Positions 16,064 through 30,371 of a stretch of 64,000 nt of DNA are shown here, one piece after another (the first letter of the stretch is position 1; every line of letters begins with the position of its first letter). The stretch is from the human T2T-CHM13v2.0 reference genome, Homo sapiens, in the NCBI RefSeq assembly GCF_009914755.1, contig NC_060927.1; one strand, written 5' to 3'. Below the pieces are notes generated by a model. It did not search any database. It worked only from the letters and a program-made list of their open reading frames with translations, and was not told the DNA's origin. The position numbers were made by a program, and so were the translations under genes.

Positions 16064-16962
16064 CTTCTCACTTGAGAAGGTTAACCACTTCTCCAGCACA
16101 ATTATTTTCACTATTCATTTTACAAAAGCAGCAGCAAGAGGAACTACAGCCTAGTGATTTATAAATAAATATTTTCTTAATAAGAGGAATTAGTAACATT
16201 CTTGATGAGTCTACACACCAGGTACTTTGCTACAGATATCTATATGTATTATCTTAATCACCACCTTATAAAGCGGGAGCTATTAATATATTACAGTTAT
16301 TTATCATTTTTAAAGACAAATTCAAGGCTTCAAATCTATTTCTTCTGCATTTTACATTATTGTATATACCTCATTGTTTTAGCTATTTGAGAACATTTTG
16401 GATTCAGACTTTTTCTATTTCTGAGCATTAGGCCAACATGTGTGTCATTATCAATTTTCGTTCTCTGTTTTGTATGTATGTACATGTGTTTGTCTAACAA
16501 AAACCAATTTGTTTTTAAAACAGAAATAAAGGACATTCTGCACTTATTTATTGACATACTGAGCACAGTCCTCACTTAGATACTGCTTTCATACAAAGTC
16601 ATACCAGGATAACATGGATTTCAAAGTGAAGGGAAAATAGAAGAAGAGTTTTGAAAGTTTTAAATGCATTCAATTTAAGATTTATTGGGTCTTCACAAGG
16701 GACACATTCTTTAGAACATCCTAAGAGTTGAAAAATGTCTTCACATTCTGTCTAAGCTCATAAGCTGTTTCCCTGTTTCCAGTTTCTTTTCAGGGTCATG
16801 ATGACTGACACCATGAGGAATAACAATGTCAAAAAAATCTACCTGTCCATTTCAAACTCATCTTCTAACTCAGGATATATTAGTCTGTGTGGAATGAGAA
16901 CATTGGTGTTGTCAAAAATATGACATTCTGATAACCTTAAAGAAAATTGTTACTTCCAAAAA

Positions 16963-17130
16963 CAGGGATTCTTACTCCTCCTTTCATGGATATTCTTCAA
17001 AGTATTTCTAACTTCCAGATATCAAATATAGAACTGTATGTGAAAGAATGTATACATTTGCATTTTGACAGAGATAGTGTCCATGGATTTTACTTCATTC
17101 TCAAAGGCATCTGTGATACAAAAGATATTA
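16963..17130. mobile_element. Old hAT-Charlie-type MITE
   Basis: cagggattctta...tccatggat...attctcaaaggcatctgtga pattern. Confidence 0.4.
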
Positions 17131-17377
17131 TAATCTATGATTCTTAAAGGAAAAGATTACAAAATATGTAATAGAGCTATTTAGATTTTTGACAATTTTT
17201 CCTTTGCTACATAAAATATATATGCATAGGCAGAGAAAACACCTCTCTTTACTCACTCCTACAAATTTAGACTACTTACTAAATAAGTACTGTTAAAAAA
17301 TGTGCATGATCAATTTTTACTGTCAAACAAATGTTAGCCTGTTGTAATAGCAGAAATTATATTATAGTAGGTAGAGG

Positions 17378-17560
17378 AATAACATTTTTTGAGCACCTAT
17401 TCTACGAAGGGTATTGTAATTGTCACCTAATTTTAGTCTTACAAGAAACGTGTAAAATTAGCTGTATTCTCATTTTACAGATGAGGAAACGGCCTGAAGA
17501 GGTGAAACTCGATCTGTGACATACAACTAGTGAGTTGCTGAAAATGAGATTCTATTTAAC
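17378..17560 (-). mobile_element. MIR
   Basis: cattttacagatgaggaaac core. Confidence 0.8.
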
Positions 17561-18146
17561 CTGCTTCTGAATAAGTAGAAACCTTCATTGCACATTAGCT
17601 GTATCTGGAGTACTTTTAAAAGAGACAAAAGATAGGGGAACACAGATAGTTATTGTTGGTGGACTGGACAACTAACCTGTAAGTAGCTACGTGAAGGACA
17701 TAAGAAAGGACTATTGTCTCAAATCACCCCTCTCAAAAGGTGAGAGAACAAAAACTAAAAAAGTAAAATATTTATATTATTTAAAATTATACAAGTAGCT
17801 ATTAGCATAACCAAAAACAAAACAGAAGGAAAAAGGAGGAGGTAATACCAATGAGCTAAACCTTCATGGAGTCAGTTAAGATGTGAAGTAGCAGACAAAC
17901 CAAAGTTAAACTGTCCCGAAAAGTAAATAAATGAATTAAAATGAACAACTAAATCAGGAACCACTAGAGGCATCACTAGAGACACAGCAGGAATCTTACA
18001 CAAGTCCTATGACCAATTCGATGTTAACAAATTTGAAAAACCAAAAAAGACATAATCTATTTAACAAAACCAAATTAAAAAGGAAAACACAATCTCAACA
18101 GTTCATCTGTTACAAAAATTGAACAAATATTTAAACATCTTCACTA

Positions 18147-18169
18147 CACACACACACACACACACACAC
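18147..18169 (+). repeat. (CA)n microsatellite
   Basis: acacacacacacacacacacac. Confidence 0.95.
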
Positions 18170-18422
18170 GCCCAGATTGTTTCATAGGCAAGTTCTAATG
18201 AAAGTCAATAGATCAATAATCTCAATGCTATACAAAACTTTTCAAAGAATAAAAAGGGAAAATCCCATCAATTATTTTTAGTAGTATGATCTTGATTGCA
18301 AAATCAGTCATTAATAACAAGATGAAGAAAAAGTATAAGCCAATATCATTCAAGAACGAGTTGCAAAGCTCTTTTTTAATTGGCAAGAAAGAAGCCAACA
18401 ATGCCTGTAAAAAAGTAATATG

Positions 18423-18718
18423 GGCCAGGTGCAGTGGCACACGCTTGTAATCCCAGCACTTTGGGAGGCCGAGGCAGGCAGATCACGAGGTCAAGAGTTC
18501 GAGACCAGCCTGGCCAAGATGGTGAAACTCCATCTCTACTAAAAATACAAAAATTAGCTGGGCATGGTGGTGTGCACCTGTAATTCCAGCTACTCCGGAA
18601 GCTGAGGCAAGAGAATTGCTTAAAACCCGGGAGGCGGAGGTTGCAGTGAGCCGAGATCACGCCACTGCACTCCAGCCTGGGAGAGAAAGACTCCATCTCG
18701 GAGAAAAAAAAAAAAAAA
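18423..18718 (+). mobile_element. AluSg-like
   Basis: gatcacgaggtc..ctggccaagatggtg diagnostics; poly-A; TSD approx. aaaa(a/g)gtaata. Confidence 0.95.
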
Positions 18719-18966
18719 GGTAATACATTATAACCAAATGGGGCTTACCAAAGGAATGCAAAGCTAGTTTAAAATCAAAATGTTTATTAATGAATTTTAC
18801 TCTATTAACAAACCAACGGAGCAAAATCACATAACCTCAAAAGGAGAAGAGAAAAACATTCAATAAAACTCAACATCTACTCATGATTAAAAAGGGAAAA
18901 CAAAACAATCATTAAAAGAAATACAGAAGGGGACTTCTTGATCTACTAAATTTACAGAAAAACTAA

Positions 18967-19075
18967 CTGTATTATGTCAAATCTAAGGTACCACTTACAA
19001 AATATACAACAAAGAAAGAAAAAAAATGCTACCAATTAAACTGTGGTAAACTCTGATCAGAATTCTTAAGATACT
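18967..19075. mobile_element. TcMar/Tc2 MITE fragment (MER104-like)
   Basis: ctgtattatgtcaaatctaagg...aagaaagaaaaaaaatgctaccaattaaact. Confidence 0.4.
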
Positions 19076-19089
19076 CTTCAGATCCTCTC

Positions 19090-19175
19090 GGGCTGAAGGA
19101 GGATGGCTTCAGCCCAGGAGGTTGAGGCTCCAGTGACCTGTGATGGTCCCATCAAAAACAAAAACAAATAACATA
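19090..19175 (+). mobile_element. Truncated Alu right-arm fragment (J/FRAM-like)
   Basis: gaggatggcttcagcccaggaggttgaggctccagtgac followed by an A-rich tail. Confidence 0.6.
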
Positions 19176-19249
19176 AAAATAAAAGATTTATGAGTAAGAT
19201 AAGGATGCCCACTCCAAACCCTCTTATTTTTCATCTTAAGTTATTCTTG

Positions 19250-19667
<418 letters not shown>

Positions 19668-20479
19668 TAAATTTAAATACCAAGATTGGAAAGAAACAGA
19701 TTGTTATTATTCACAAAAAACAACTATATGAATAAAGCACCTAGGGAAAAGTTGTTTTATTTGAAGATGAATTGGGCAGAGTTGGATATAAAATTAATTT
19801 ACCGAAATCAATTACAAACTCATTAAATTTCCAGAAAAATATTAGTGTATTTTCTAACAACTTTTATAAATATAGCATTTGTAATAGCAATGAAATCATA
19901 AGTGATCTAAGAATAAACAACATACATGCATGGGCATGTTAAAGGAGAAAAATAAAACTTTATGAAAGTTTCACTAACTAGAAAATTAACTATGTTTATA
20001 GATAAGAAAACATTAAAAATATCAAAACTCTCCTCAAATTGATAAAGAATTAAATTCCAGTGTAAATCATATCAAGATTCTTTGTGAAACTTGACATGCT
20101 AATTCTACATTTTACACAGATGAGACAAAAACAAGAAAAAACTGATTATTCCTGAAAAAGATTGGCTAGGAGGAGAGGGAGCTTGCCTTAGCAGATCTTA
20201 AGCCTCATAATAAAACTAAAGTAATGATGACAGTGTAATATCGGTACATACCAGCAGAATAGAATTAGAGAATCCAACAACAGACCCATGTGTATAAGTA
20301 GAAAATACACAAAGTTGAGAGGAAGCATTTAGAAAGATTTATAGCAATTTGGCACCGCTACAATATCCAAATGCAAGATTTCATAAGTATAGGTCCATAA
20401 TAGATTGAAAATTGAAACAAAAACAACCGAAAACCCAGTCCTTCACTATTTTTGTAAGTATGGGCTTAGATTAAAAGAC

Positions 20480-20670
20480 TGGAATTAAAAGTAATCTTGA
20501 ATAATAAGGCAAAATGATGCTTCCCAGATACACTGAAATAGACTGCATGTTGCAAATCACAATGAGTAAAGGTGGAGGATGACCAGTTTTGAGTAAATGG
20601 GTCAGGTTGGAGAAATATTTAGAGGTCAGAGTGGATTGCAAGCTAAACTCAGCCCAACGTTCATTGACCA
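20480..20670 (+). mobile_element. L3/CR1 ORF2 remnant
   Basis: Peptide EKYLEVRVDCKLNSAQR resembles the CR1 motif EKDLGVLVDxKLNMSQQ. Confidence 0.55.
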
Positions 20671-20829
20671 GGATTGGACTTGTGCCCTTACAATCTAATC
20701 ATAGTGTGAAATATAAACATGGAGTCACTGACACTCTAAGACCCATTGTGGAAAAGCCAGTAAGCATGCTGTAACAATGCCCTGGATATGAACCATATGT
20801 TGCACAGCTCCAGGGAAATCAGTGCATAT

Positions 20830-21015
20830 TCATAGATTTTGTAGATTCATGGCGTATTAAAGCTGAGAGGGATCTCACAAGCCATGAATCTGTACCTTGA
20901 CTCACTCTCTCTTTTTTAAACACAGCAGATACAAACACTGTGAGGTTGTAAGCTAGCCCCAAGATCACACAGCCAGTCAGTGGCCTGGTGAAACTAGGAC
21001 TTGGATTTCCTGAGA
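20830..21015 (-). mobile_element. MIR/MIR3
   Basis: cccaagatcacacagccagtcagtggc. Confidence 0.6.
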
Positions 21016-21444
21016 CATAAAAGGCTTCTGTTTGCAGCTTGAAGAAAGCAGTCTCTAGACAAAGTAAGTAGTCCTATTTACTTAGTATGAAACAAAACTG
21101 CCAGTTGCCAGAGAGGGTACAGAACCATATTTTGCAGGACCATGAAGTCGAAAGGGACTGTCCCATCAACTGGGGAAAATACCACCAGCTCCAGTCTATC
21201 CACAGACTCTCCATTCTCAAGTTAAATGATGGTACTTAGGACAACACGCATTGGAAGTGATGAACAAGGCTGCTGTAAATCTACTCATGTCTATCAATAT
21301 GAAACAACTTGCCTTATAAGAGTTAACAACATGAATTATGATGGTCTACGCGTCCATGAACTTGGCTCATTTCTTTAATCAATTATGGGCACTTTCTTAT
21401 CTCCTCTGCAGCGGCAGTCAAAAGATGCAGCAATCCTAACTTAG

Positions 21445-22000
<556 letters not shown>

Positions 22001-22089
22001 AGTTTTGATGACATCTTTTATTTTTCTTCCTATTGCTTCTTTCAATTCAGAAAACATGTAGTTCTGGTTAGGGCTTCCAAGCATCAGAC

Positions 22090-22770
<681 letters not shown>

Positions 22771-22999
22771 AGCCTCTCAACTTCTTTGGGGAAGTACAAT
22801 GATACTCTACCAGGAACATTATCCAGAATAGTTTACATACCATGTTTTATTAATCTAATTGTTTCAGGCATTTGTCCCAGAATCTTAAAGGTCTATTCTA
22901 GTCTTGATAACTGTGTTATAAATGTGTTCCAGGCATTCATTTCAAAGCAATAATGGTCATTTATAAACACTCAACTAAGAAGGAGTAAAAACGAAGTTT

Positions 23000-23165
23000 T
23001 CAAAGACCACTTGCATCAAAACCACTTGTACATCTTGTTAAAATCATTCCATCTGTGTTCATTCTGGACACGAAATAGAATCTGTGGGAACGATATACTC
23101 AGCAATCTACACTTCAAATTTACCCTCGTTTATCTTACGTACAATAAAATTTGAGAACCATGGAG
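23000..23165. mobile_element. MER5-family hAT-Charlie MITE
   Basis: cttgttaaaa..gaatct..aaatttgagaaccatgg. Confidence 0.55.
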
Positions 23166-23229
23166 CTAAAGGTTGCTCACCTTTCTCATTCAGTTCAGAA
23201 CACTTTTTTGACTTACAGGAAATAATTTA

Positions 23230-23395
23230 AAAGTACTTTTCAACCTTTAATATGATACAAATCATCCGGAGATCTTGTTAAAAAAAATGCAAATTCTGAT
23301 TCAGAAGGTAGAGCTCAAGATTCTGCAATTTAAAAAAATCTCCCAGGCAATGCTGATTCTGACAGATCTGAAGACCATCCTTAGAGTAGCAAGTT
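23230..23395. mobile_element. MER5-family hAT-Charlie MITE
   Basis: atcatccggagatcttgttaaaa..tgcaaattctgattcag..ctcccaggcaatgctgat..gagtagcaag. Confidence 0.7.
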
Positions 23396-23489
23396 GCTAG
23401 ATTACATGCTGTAAGATAAAGATAAATTGAATTTGAAATAAAATAAATTGAAGCAGAAATGTACTAAAACATAGTGATCTGTGTAATAA

Positions 23490-23690
23490 CAATGTAAGGA
23501 TAGAAGAAAGAATATCATGTTGGGAGGAGAGTCCCCAGTTCAAGTTCTGCCACTACTACTGCTGACAACTAGTTGTGTGATACAAGATGGGTCACTTCGC
23601 ATTGCTGGGCCTTTTTATTCCCACCCATTAATCCAGAACATCAATGGGATTATCGTTTGGTATTTATCTAGTTCTGATTCTATGAGTCCA
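23490..23690 (+). mobile_element. MIR3-like SINE
   Basis: actagttgtgtga..gggtcactt..tctagttctgattctatga. Confidence 0.5.
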
Positions 23691-24414
23691 AGATTCTGGT
23701 TTATATCTGACGTTGATCAATAATTTTACTAAAAAATTATTCAAGACCCAGAAGATACAATTTTAATATAAAGCAGAGGCAAGTGTCAATAAACTGACTA
23801 ATCACTTAACCTTTGGTGGCAAATGTACAACTTCATGATTCATCCCATCCTAGTACTATTCAACATCACACTTTTTAAACATGGACTTATTTTATAGGTA
23901 CACTCAATTGTCACAAGGAACTGTCATCCCCTAGTCTATTCACAGCAACAATCAATTCTGCCAATTTGGATTGAACTGGTCCCAACTCTCTCTACTATAG
24001 CATCTCTATTTTTAGTGTTGCCCTGGGTCAAATAGATTCAGAACTCCACCCTATATAGAAGTCAGTGTGCTGAAAGTTTTCAGAGTCCCTCTTATCTAGT
24101 TCAGGATGGCATAAGAGCATGGCATTGAGTGACAATGAGCCATGGCCAAGGAGGGAGAGGCTACAGATGAGAGGGCTTAGTTCTGCCTGTAAAAGTACCC
24201 TTCTTGGTGACTAATGGATCCTGAGTGGATGAGACAATCAAGGAAAAGACAATTTCTGTTCTCAATGAGCATGCACATGTGTATGTAATTAACATACAAG
24301 ACAACAAAATATAATTCTGGGGAATGGTGTATATGACATGTGCTTTGAGATGTCCAAGGAGGGGGATTTTCAGGGATAATATGGGAAATGATTAAGTGAA
24401 CAATCCCTACCTTT

Positions 24415-24900
24415 CCTAGACCAGCTCAAACTTTATCCACTCATGAACCACTGTCCAATTTTTACCACATATATTAAGCAACTATATTATTGGCTCAATA
24501 TTTTTCTTTAATTCACCTCACAAATTGCCACAAATGTTTTCAAAAGGAAACTTTACATCACTGTTATAAGTGGAAAGCCAGTATCAAAGGCCACAATGGG
24601 TAATTATTTAAAAATGAAAATGAATGAACTTTATCAATTTACAGTCAAATGTTTTGCTCACTAAAGAGAGCTTGAGGCTGGCTCTCTTGGCTACAAAAAG
24701 ATTGAGTCTTAAAGTTGTTAAAGAAATATTAGCATCAGAGTCTTGCCTCTTAAAGCAATTAGAAATATGGAAAGAGAATTGAAAAAAATGATATTGCAAT
24801 GTGAGTTAGTGTTATATAATCTGTTTCCATAGACATCCTTAGTAGTTTATGCCCCCAATCCATAGAAACCCTTAACAAGAAAACTTAAGGACCACATATT
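24415..24900. mobile_element. hAT-Charlie element (MER113-like)
   Basis: aatatttttctttaattcacc..aaaggaaactttacatcac..gaaagccagtatc; related to 45135-45620. Confidence 0.45.
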
Positions 24901-25196
24901 TTAATCGGTTTCATCAAATGCATGGATACAAATCAGATTATACACTTAACACCATGCCATATAAAAACCAATGAAAACAAAAACTAACCCAAATCTATAT
25001 TTGGAGGAGACATTGATTCCTCCTTCCTAAGACTATTCTTGCATCAGAAGCAGAGGTTTTATTTTTCTTTCATTTTCTTAGATCTTGTTTCTTCTTAGAA
25101 TCTGCTTTAAGTTTATGGAACTTCAATTGTTGAGTTTAATGTACAAACCTAAGAAAATATAGCTGAAAAAATAATGTAGATATCAAAAAGTTCTTG

Positions 25197-25533
25197 GGCC
25201 AGGCATGGTGGTTCACGCCTGTAATCACAGGACTTTGGGAGGCTGAGGTGGATGGATCACTTGAGGTCAGGAGTTCAAGACCAGCATGGCCAACATGATG
25301 AAACCGCATCTCTACTAAAAATACAAAAATTAGCCAGGCATGATGGTGTGCACCTGTAATCCCAGCTACTCAGGAGGCTGAGGCATGAGAATCGCTCGAA
25401 CCCAGGAGGCAGAGGTTGTAGTGAGCCGAGATTGTGCTACTCCATTCCAGCCTCGGTGACAGACTGAGATTCCATCTCAGAAAAAGAAAAAAAAAAAAAA
25501 AGAAGAAAAAGAAAAAGAAAGAAAGAAAGAAAA
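25197..25533 (+). mobile_element. AluS (Sz/Sx-like) with A/(GAAA)n tail
   Basis: Full dimer; tail 25479-25533. Confidence 0.95.
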
Positions 25534-25789
25534 TCTTAAGTCTAGGTTATACCGACTAGAATAAGATGATCCACATTCCACATAAAGTTATAAATCCAAG
25601 CATACTTCCCCACTCATCCCAAATATATTCAATAATACCTCAGTGATCATTTTATCAGTAAGTTCTCCATGCTTTTATCTGTAACACCTGCTGTGTTTTC
25701 CACATCTCACAAAAGGAGGCAATCAAACAAAACTTAAAATTTCCACTAGAAAAGCTACCATGGGGGATAGAGGTGATAATGGAGAAAGA

Positions 25790-26020
25790 TTGAGAAAGAT
25801 AGGTGCTACATGGCCATGTGGACACGTCTGCAAAGGGCACAAGCAAAGCCACAGAGACTGATGGATCTACCACATGCACTGGGAGAAGTCAGAGCTGAGG
25901 TAAGAACAGCAGTTGTTGGACCTGCTGCATGCATGCTGTGCAGAGAAGCCTGGAGGTCCCATAGCAGGCAATGAGCAAGTCAGTGAAGAAAATGCAGGAA
26001 AGGTCACTCTGAGTACTTGT
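25790..26020 (-). mobile_element. L2 fragment
   Basis: gcaaagccacagag, ggcaatgagcaagtcagtgaag, gaaaggtcactctg. Confidence 0.4.
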
Positions 26021-26454
26021 GCTAAAAACCCATAAAGAACATCATGAGGAATTCCTGCTGGACATTGATTTCTCATCTGTGCATCAAGAGAGGAACCTGG
26101 GAGGTGCTTAATCAGCTGCCAATGGCAAGATTTACTCTAATTTAGAATAGGAAACAACAACGGTTAGATTTTCTGTCTTTCCCTCCTTTTTTTTTTTTTT
26201 TCTATCTGGTCTGTTTCTGAAATGTAATAAAGCTAAGAATTAACAAAAAAAAAAGCCACAAACCTTCAGGCAATTTCAGTCTGAAGCAAATGCATTCTTT
26301 CTTCCTCCAAACTGCAAACATTCCAGAAGGGGCATGTGTCAAAGACAGTAAGACAGATTCAAGTTTATGCTCTTCTTCACCAGACTGACCTCGAGAGGAG
26401 GCACACTAAGCCCTTGAACGCCCCTTTTCCTCTAGAAACTTCCCTTCTCTCAGC

Positions 26455-26660
26455 TGGAGGCAGATAGCACAGAGTGCAGATTCTGAAGTGAGAAAAGCCT
26501 GAATTCATATCCTCCTTTCAATGTTAATCAGCTGGGTGATTCGGGGCCAAGGACTAAATGCCTTTGTGTCATTCTTCTCAGCTGTAAAATGGGGACAGTA
26601 ATAACTCCAGGCCCCTCAAGTTTGTATAGGATGGGGGTAATACATTTCAAAAATCATTCG
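26455..26660 (+). mobile_element. MIR
   Basis: cttctcagctgtaaaatggggacagtaata core. Confidence 0.7.
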
Positions 26661-27334
26661 TAAAATCTTAGGAATTTTACGAATTCCTAACATTGTGTTG
26701 TAAACTGTCAATGGGATAAGCAAGTTGAGGGATCAAATAAGTCACCGTGCTCTGTGAACTAAGTGCCAACTGTTATCCCACACAGCAACTATCCGATTTT
26801 AATGCAGTTTTCTTCATGTTTAACTTCTCAGACTACGAGCTGCCCAACAAAAGGTCTTTGTTTTCTGTAATACAGTACCAAGTATCCTGCTCCATCAACA
26901 TAACATTCTTGGGAGAGGTTCATCTCACTCATTTGTAACGGCAGCAGCATCTCAATGATATTTCTCTACCACCATCCAAACTAGGTACACTGTGAAATTT
27001 TAGCATCTCTTCTTTAAAGCCTACTAGTCTTCTTCCTTAAAAATTGTCATGATTTATTAAAAAAAAAGAATAAATGTTAATAGATTTCCTCAGCAGCCTT
27101 TGACAGCCTCCATAGTATTCCAAAAGACAGAAAGATATCTTCACTGTTAAGTACCTTTTGACAGGTGACTTCACACACACAGGCACAGCCATCCTTGTGA
27201 AGGCTTTTTCCTACTCAAAAGGCAGCACTGGTTCAGAGAGTGGATACATAGAGGCCCAATGTGTTCGTGTCACTTGTGGGCACTTCCTTGGTCCTCTGTA
27301 GGCATAAGTACAGCAGCTTGTTTTATTACCGTCA

Positions 27335-27620
27335 GACTTTATTTTTAAAAATACATTTGTATTTTGTGACTATAAAAGAATGTTTTCTTATTGCAGACAA
27401 TCTGGAAAATAAAAATAAGGAAAAGCTATCTTAAACTGCCTACAATCTCTGAACATAGAGGAAACCCTTGCTAACAGTTTGCTCTTTTCCCATAGTCTTT
27501 TTAAGGTATATAGAAAGACAGTTTCTTTTTCATTTGTTAATAACTTTGTTTTATTTTTTAAAAAATTATTTGCCTTATGTGCATTAGATAGGAATTTTTC
27601 CATGTTTGGAATAATAATAT
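27335..27620 (-). mobile_element. L1ME 3'UTR fragment
   Basis: ttattgcagacaatctggaaaata..cccttgctaacagtttg. Confidence 0.45.
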
Positions 27621-28649
27621 TTTTTTTCAACCTCTGGACAGGGAAGTCTTGCAGCACTCAATCTTCCGAAGGACGTAAACTCTGATTTATCCCTATGTTT
27701 GATTCCAGTAGCTCTTGGGAGCTACTGGTGGAGGCACATCTCTTGCAGTTGGAGGAAGATCATTTTGTCAAGAGGGTGTGGCTCTGCTGATGTTTCTAAC
27801 AGTGACCAGTTCACTCCTGGATACACTCTCATCATATGCGCCCTTCCCTTAGTGGTAGATGCTACTGAGGTAGGATTTGGGACAAACCTGTGGCTGTGAC
27901 TTTTTTTTAAAACCAGATGGAAGAGATGGAGCTCCACAGGGTAAGACAGAGTAAGAGAGATTTTGGCCTTCTTTGGAATATAGCAGCTGATAAGTTTGTT
28001 TCAGACACTCAGATACTACACTTCTTTTGAGGAAACCAATCTCATCAATTCTCCGAAATCAGTAGTGCCAAAAATTCTTAAAAGAACAGAGTTTATACTC
28101 CTCAAAGTTAAGCAGGTCTACTTTGTAGGGACATTGATGCTGCCTATGACTCAAACTGTATCTTTGACATGGTATTAACAAATTATTTTCTCTTGAGGTT
28201 ATTTACTTGGCTTTTGGCAGAGAGGTTTTAGCTTCCTCCATGGGATGTATTCAGCGACACAAATTCAAACCCTTCACAAATGTTTTCAGCAACCCCTGAA
28301 TATGAACATGTAGAGGTAAGTATTGCTGCTATTGTTGAATAATTAGCTAGTCTCCGACATAGCTGGGTGCAAATGATGTGTGTTGAAGTAGGAAGAGAAA
28401 TTAAGCTTGGTAGACGAAGCCATGCAAAGATTGCTCCTGTGTGTGAGAAGGTTCTATCCTTGAAGACTCAGAATAATCCCCAGAGGTACATGCTTGGTTG
28501 GAATTCTGTCATTATGGTGGAGGATGGAAGGAGAGAGGAATGAGCACAAGTGAAGAATATTAGCAATGACTTTACACTTGCACACAAGGCCCCATATGCC
28601 AGGAATGTATGGTCACATTTATCCTTCTATGCTTTAAACAGTAGGGAGA

Positions 28650-28910
28650 AATGTGATGGAGAATAGTACTTCATAGCTGAGGCTTTGAGGTCAGAAGGAG
28701 CTGGACATTTGTCCAAACTCTACCTGTGTGGTATTGGGCAATTACCTAAATAATCTAAGCCTCAGTTTCTTCATCTATAAAATGGACATTTTTTTTTTTT
28801 AGCATTTATCTCTCACAGAACTTTTGTGAAGATTACTGAAATAAGCAAAGCAGAGTGCTTAGCAGGTGTTTAGGATTCATAGGAGATAGTTACAAAATTG
28901 TGGCTATTAT
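28650..28910 (+). mobile_element. MIR
   Basis: ctaagcctcagtttcttcatctataaaatgg core. Confidence 0.85.
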
Positions 28911-29149
28911 GCCCATCTGTACTTTAGAGGTGAAGAACTCAGTCTCAGAGAGATTAACTTGATCTGGTCACATCCTATGCCCTTGATCTGATGTCCTCAC
29001 AGAAGTGAAGTTTTTGTTGAAGTCCTATTACACCTTGACTTTGTAGCCTAATTTTTCCAAGTCTTACCAATTGATGCTATTTTGATGCTTGTTCTGAAAC
29101 TACTAAGGACAAGACAGAACTTCCTGTCTTGTTCTTAATCATTTCACAC

Positions 29150-29346
29150 CATTATAGAAGGCTTGACATTAAAGGCTTTATATTTAGAGGAAGAATTTGC
29201 ATGTTGAACCCATTGTTCCAAGCTGCCACAATCTTTTTGTCTTCTGCTTTTATCATTCCAACATTATCCACACCTTCCAGCTCCACATCGTCTGCGGTGT
29301 TTTTTAGAATGCCTTCCATATCCTCATGGCCAGAAAAATGTTGAGC
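29150..29346 (-). mobile_element. L3/CR1 reverse-transcriptase remnant
   Basis: Minus strand reads ctcaacattttt then HEDMEGILKNTADDVELEGVDNV, similar to CR1 LFNIF..DEGIExxLxKFADDTKLGGxxN. Confidence 0.7.
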
Positions 29347-29634
29347 AGATGGAGCTCCACAGGGTAACTCTAGAGACCAACTTGCCTCTCATACAATACT
29401 AAGCTTTACCACCTTACTTTACAAATGAGTAAACAGGTCCATTTGTAAATAGGTTAGATGTCTATATAAATCTGCATGGCTAGCAACTGAGGTTAAATCT
29501 CTAAAAAATGTTTCATAATAATCAACTTTGCATCTGGATTTTTTATTAAAGAAATATTTTTTAAGTAAAGAAGTAAAAGTATCAGTAAGCAATCCTGTTG
29601 GGGATAATGTCTAATAGAAAAAAAAAATCAGGTA

Positions 29635-29835
29635 GTCAGTATTTGAGTAGGCGTCATGCTAAATGCTGGATCAGATAAAAAGACTCACACATGAATGGTT
29701 CCTTGTCCTCAAAGAGTTTATCACCCAGTCTGGGGCAGTGGTAATTCTTTGTTTTTTAATAGCTCTTAACAAGCCAGAACAATGTGCCTTAAATAATTAA
29801 GAGTGCCAGGAGTTCAAAGAGGGAGAGAAGATTCC
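29635..29835 (-). mobile_element. L2 3' fragment
   Basis: gtatttgagt..tgctaaatgctgga..ggttccttgtcctcaaagagtttat. Confidence 0.55.
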
Positions 29836-30371
29836 TTACAATGTCTTGCTGTCTACTGGTCTCTCCCAGCATGAAGCACAGTTGGGTGAAGTAGCATTGG
29901 AGTCACAGCAGGTGCTTGCAAACTGTGTGTGAAGCCCAGCTCTTCCCTAGCACCTTGCAGACAACTTTGTATCAGAGGATCTATGCAAGAAACCTATCTT
30001 AGGAAGAGAATGAATGGTCACAGTCCATGAACATTTTCATAATAGACATCTGAGTTTTATATGCAAGGATTATAGAGCCACGCATTTATTAGCTTCTCCT
30101 CGGCAGAGAGGCAACCTGGGGGAAAGCTCCAAAATTCCTACTGAATAACAGAGTGGTCCCTATGAGGCACAGCACCGCCACTTGACAAAACTATGTGGCG
30201 GTCACAACATGAGCCATGCATTCCCCAGGATCTCACATAATCTACAACTCTAATTCAAAATTAATATTTGTTATTAAATAATAGTTTAAATAGGTAAAAT
30301 TAGGCATACATTTTCCCAGAGCATAAATCTGTAACCGTGATTGCTTTCTTGTCCAATTCTGTTTTTGTGGG

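Noticed and set aside
30095-30200. CTCF site
   Set aside because: GC-rich words (cggcagagaggca, cagcaccgccacttg) have too many mismatches to the CTCF core.
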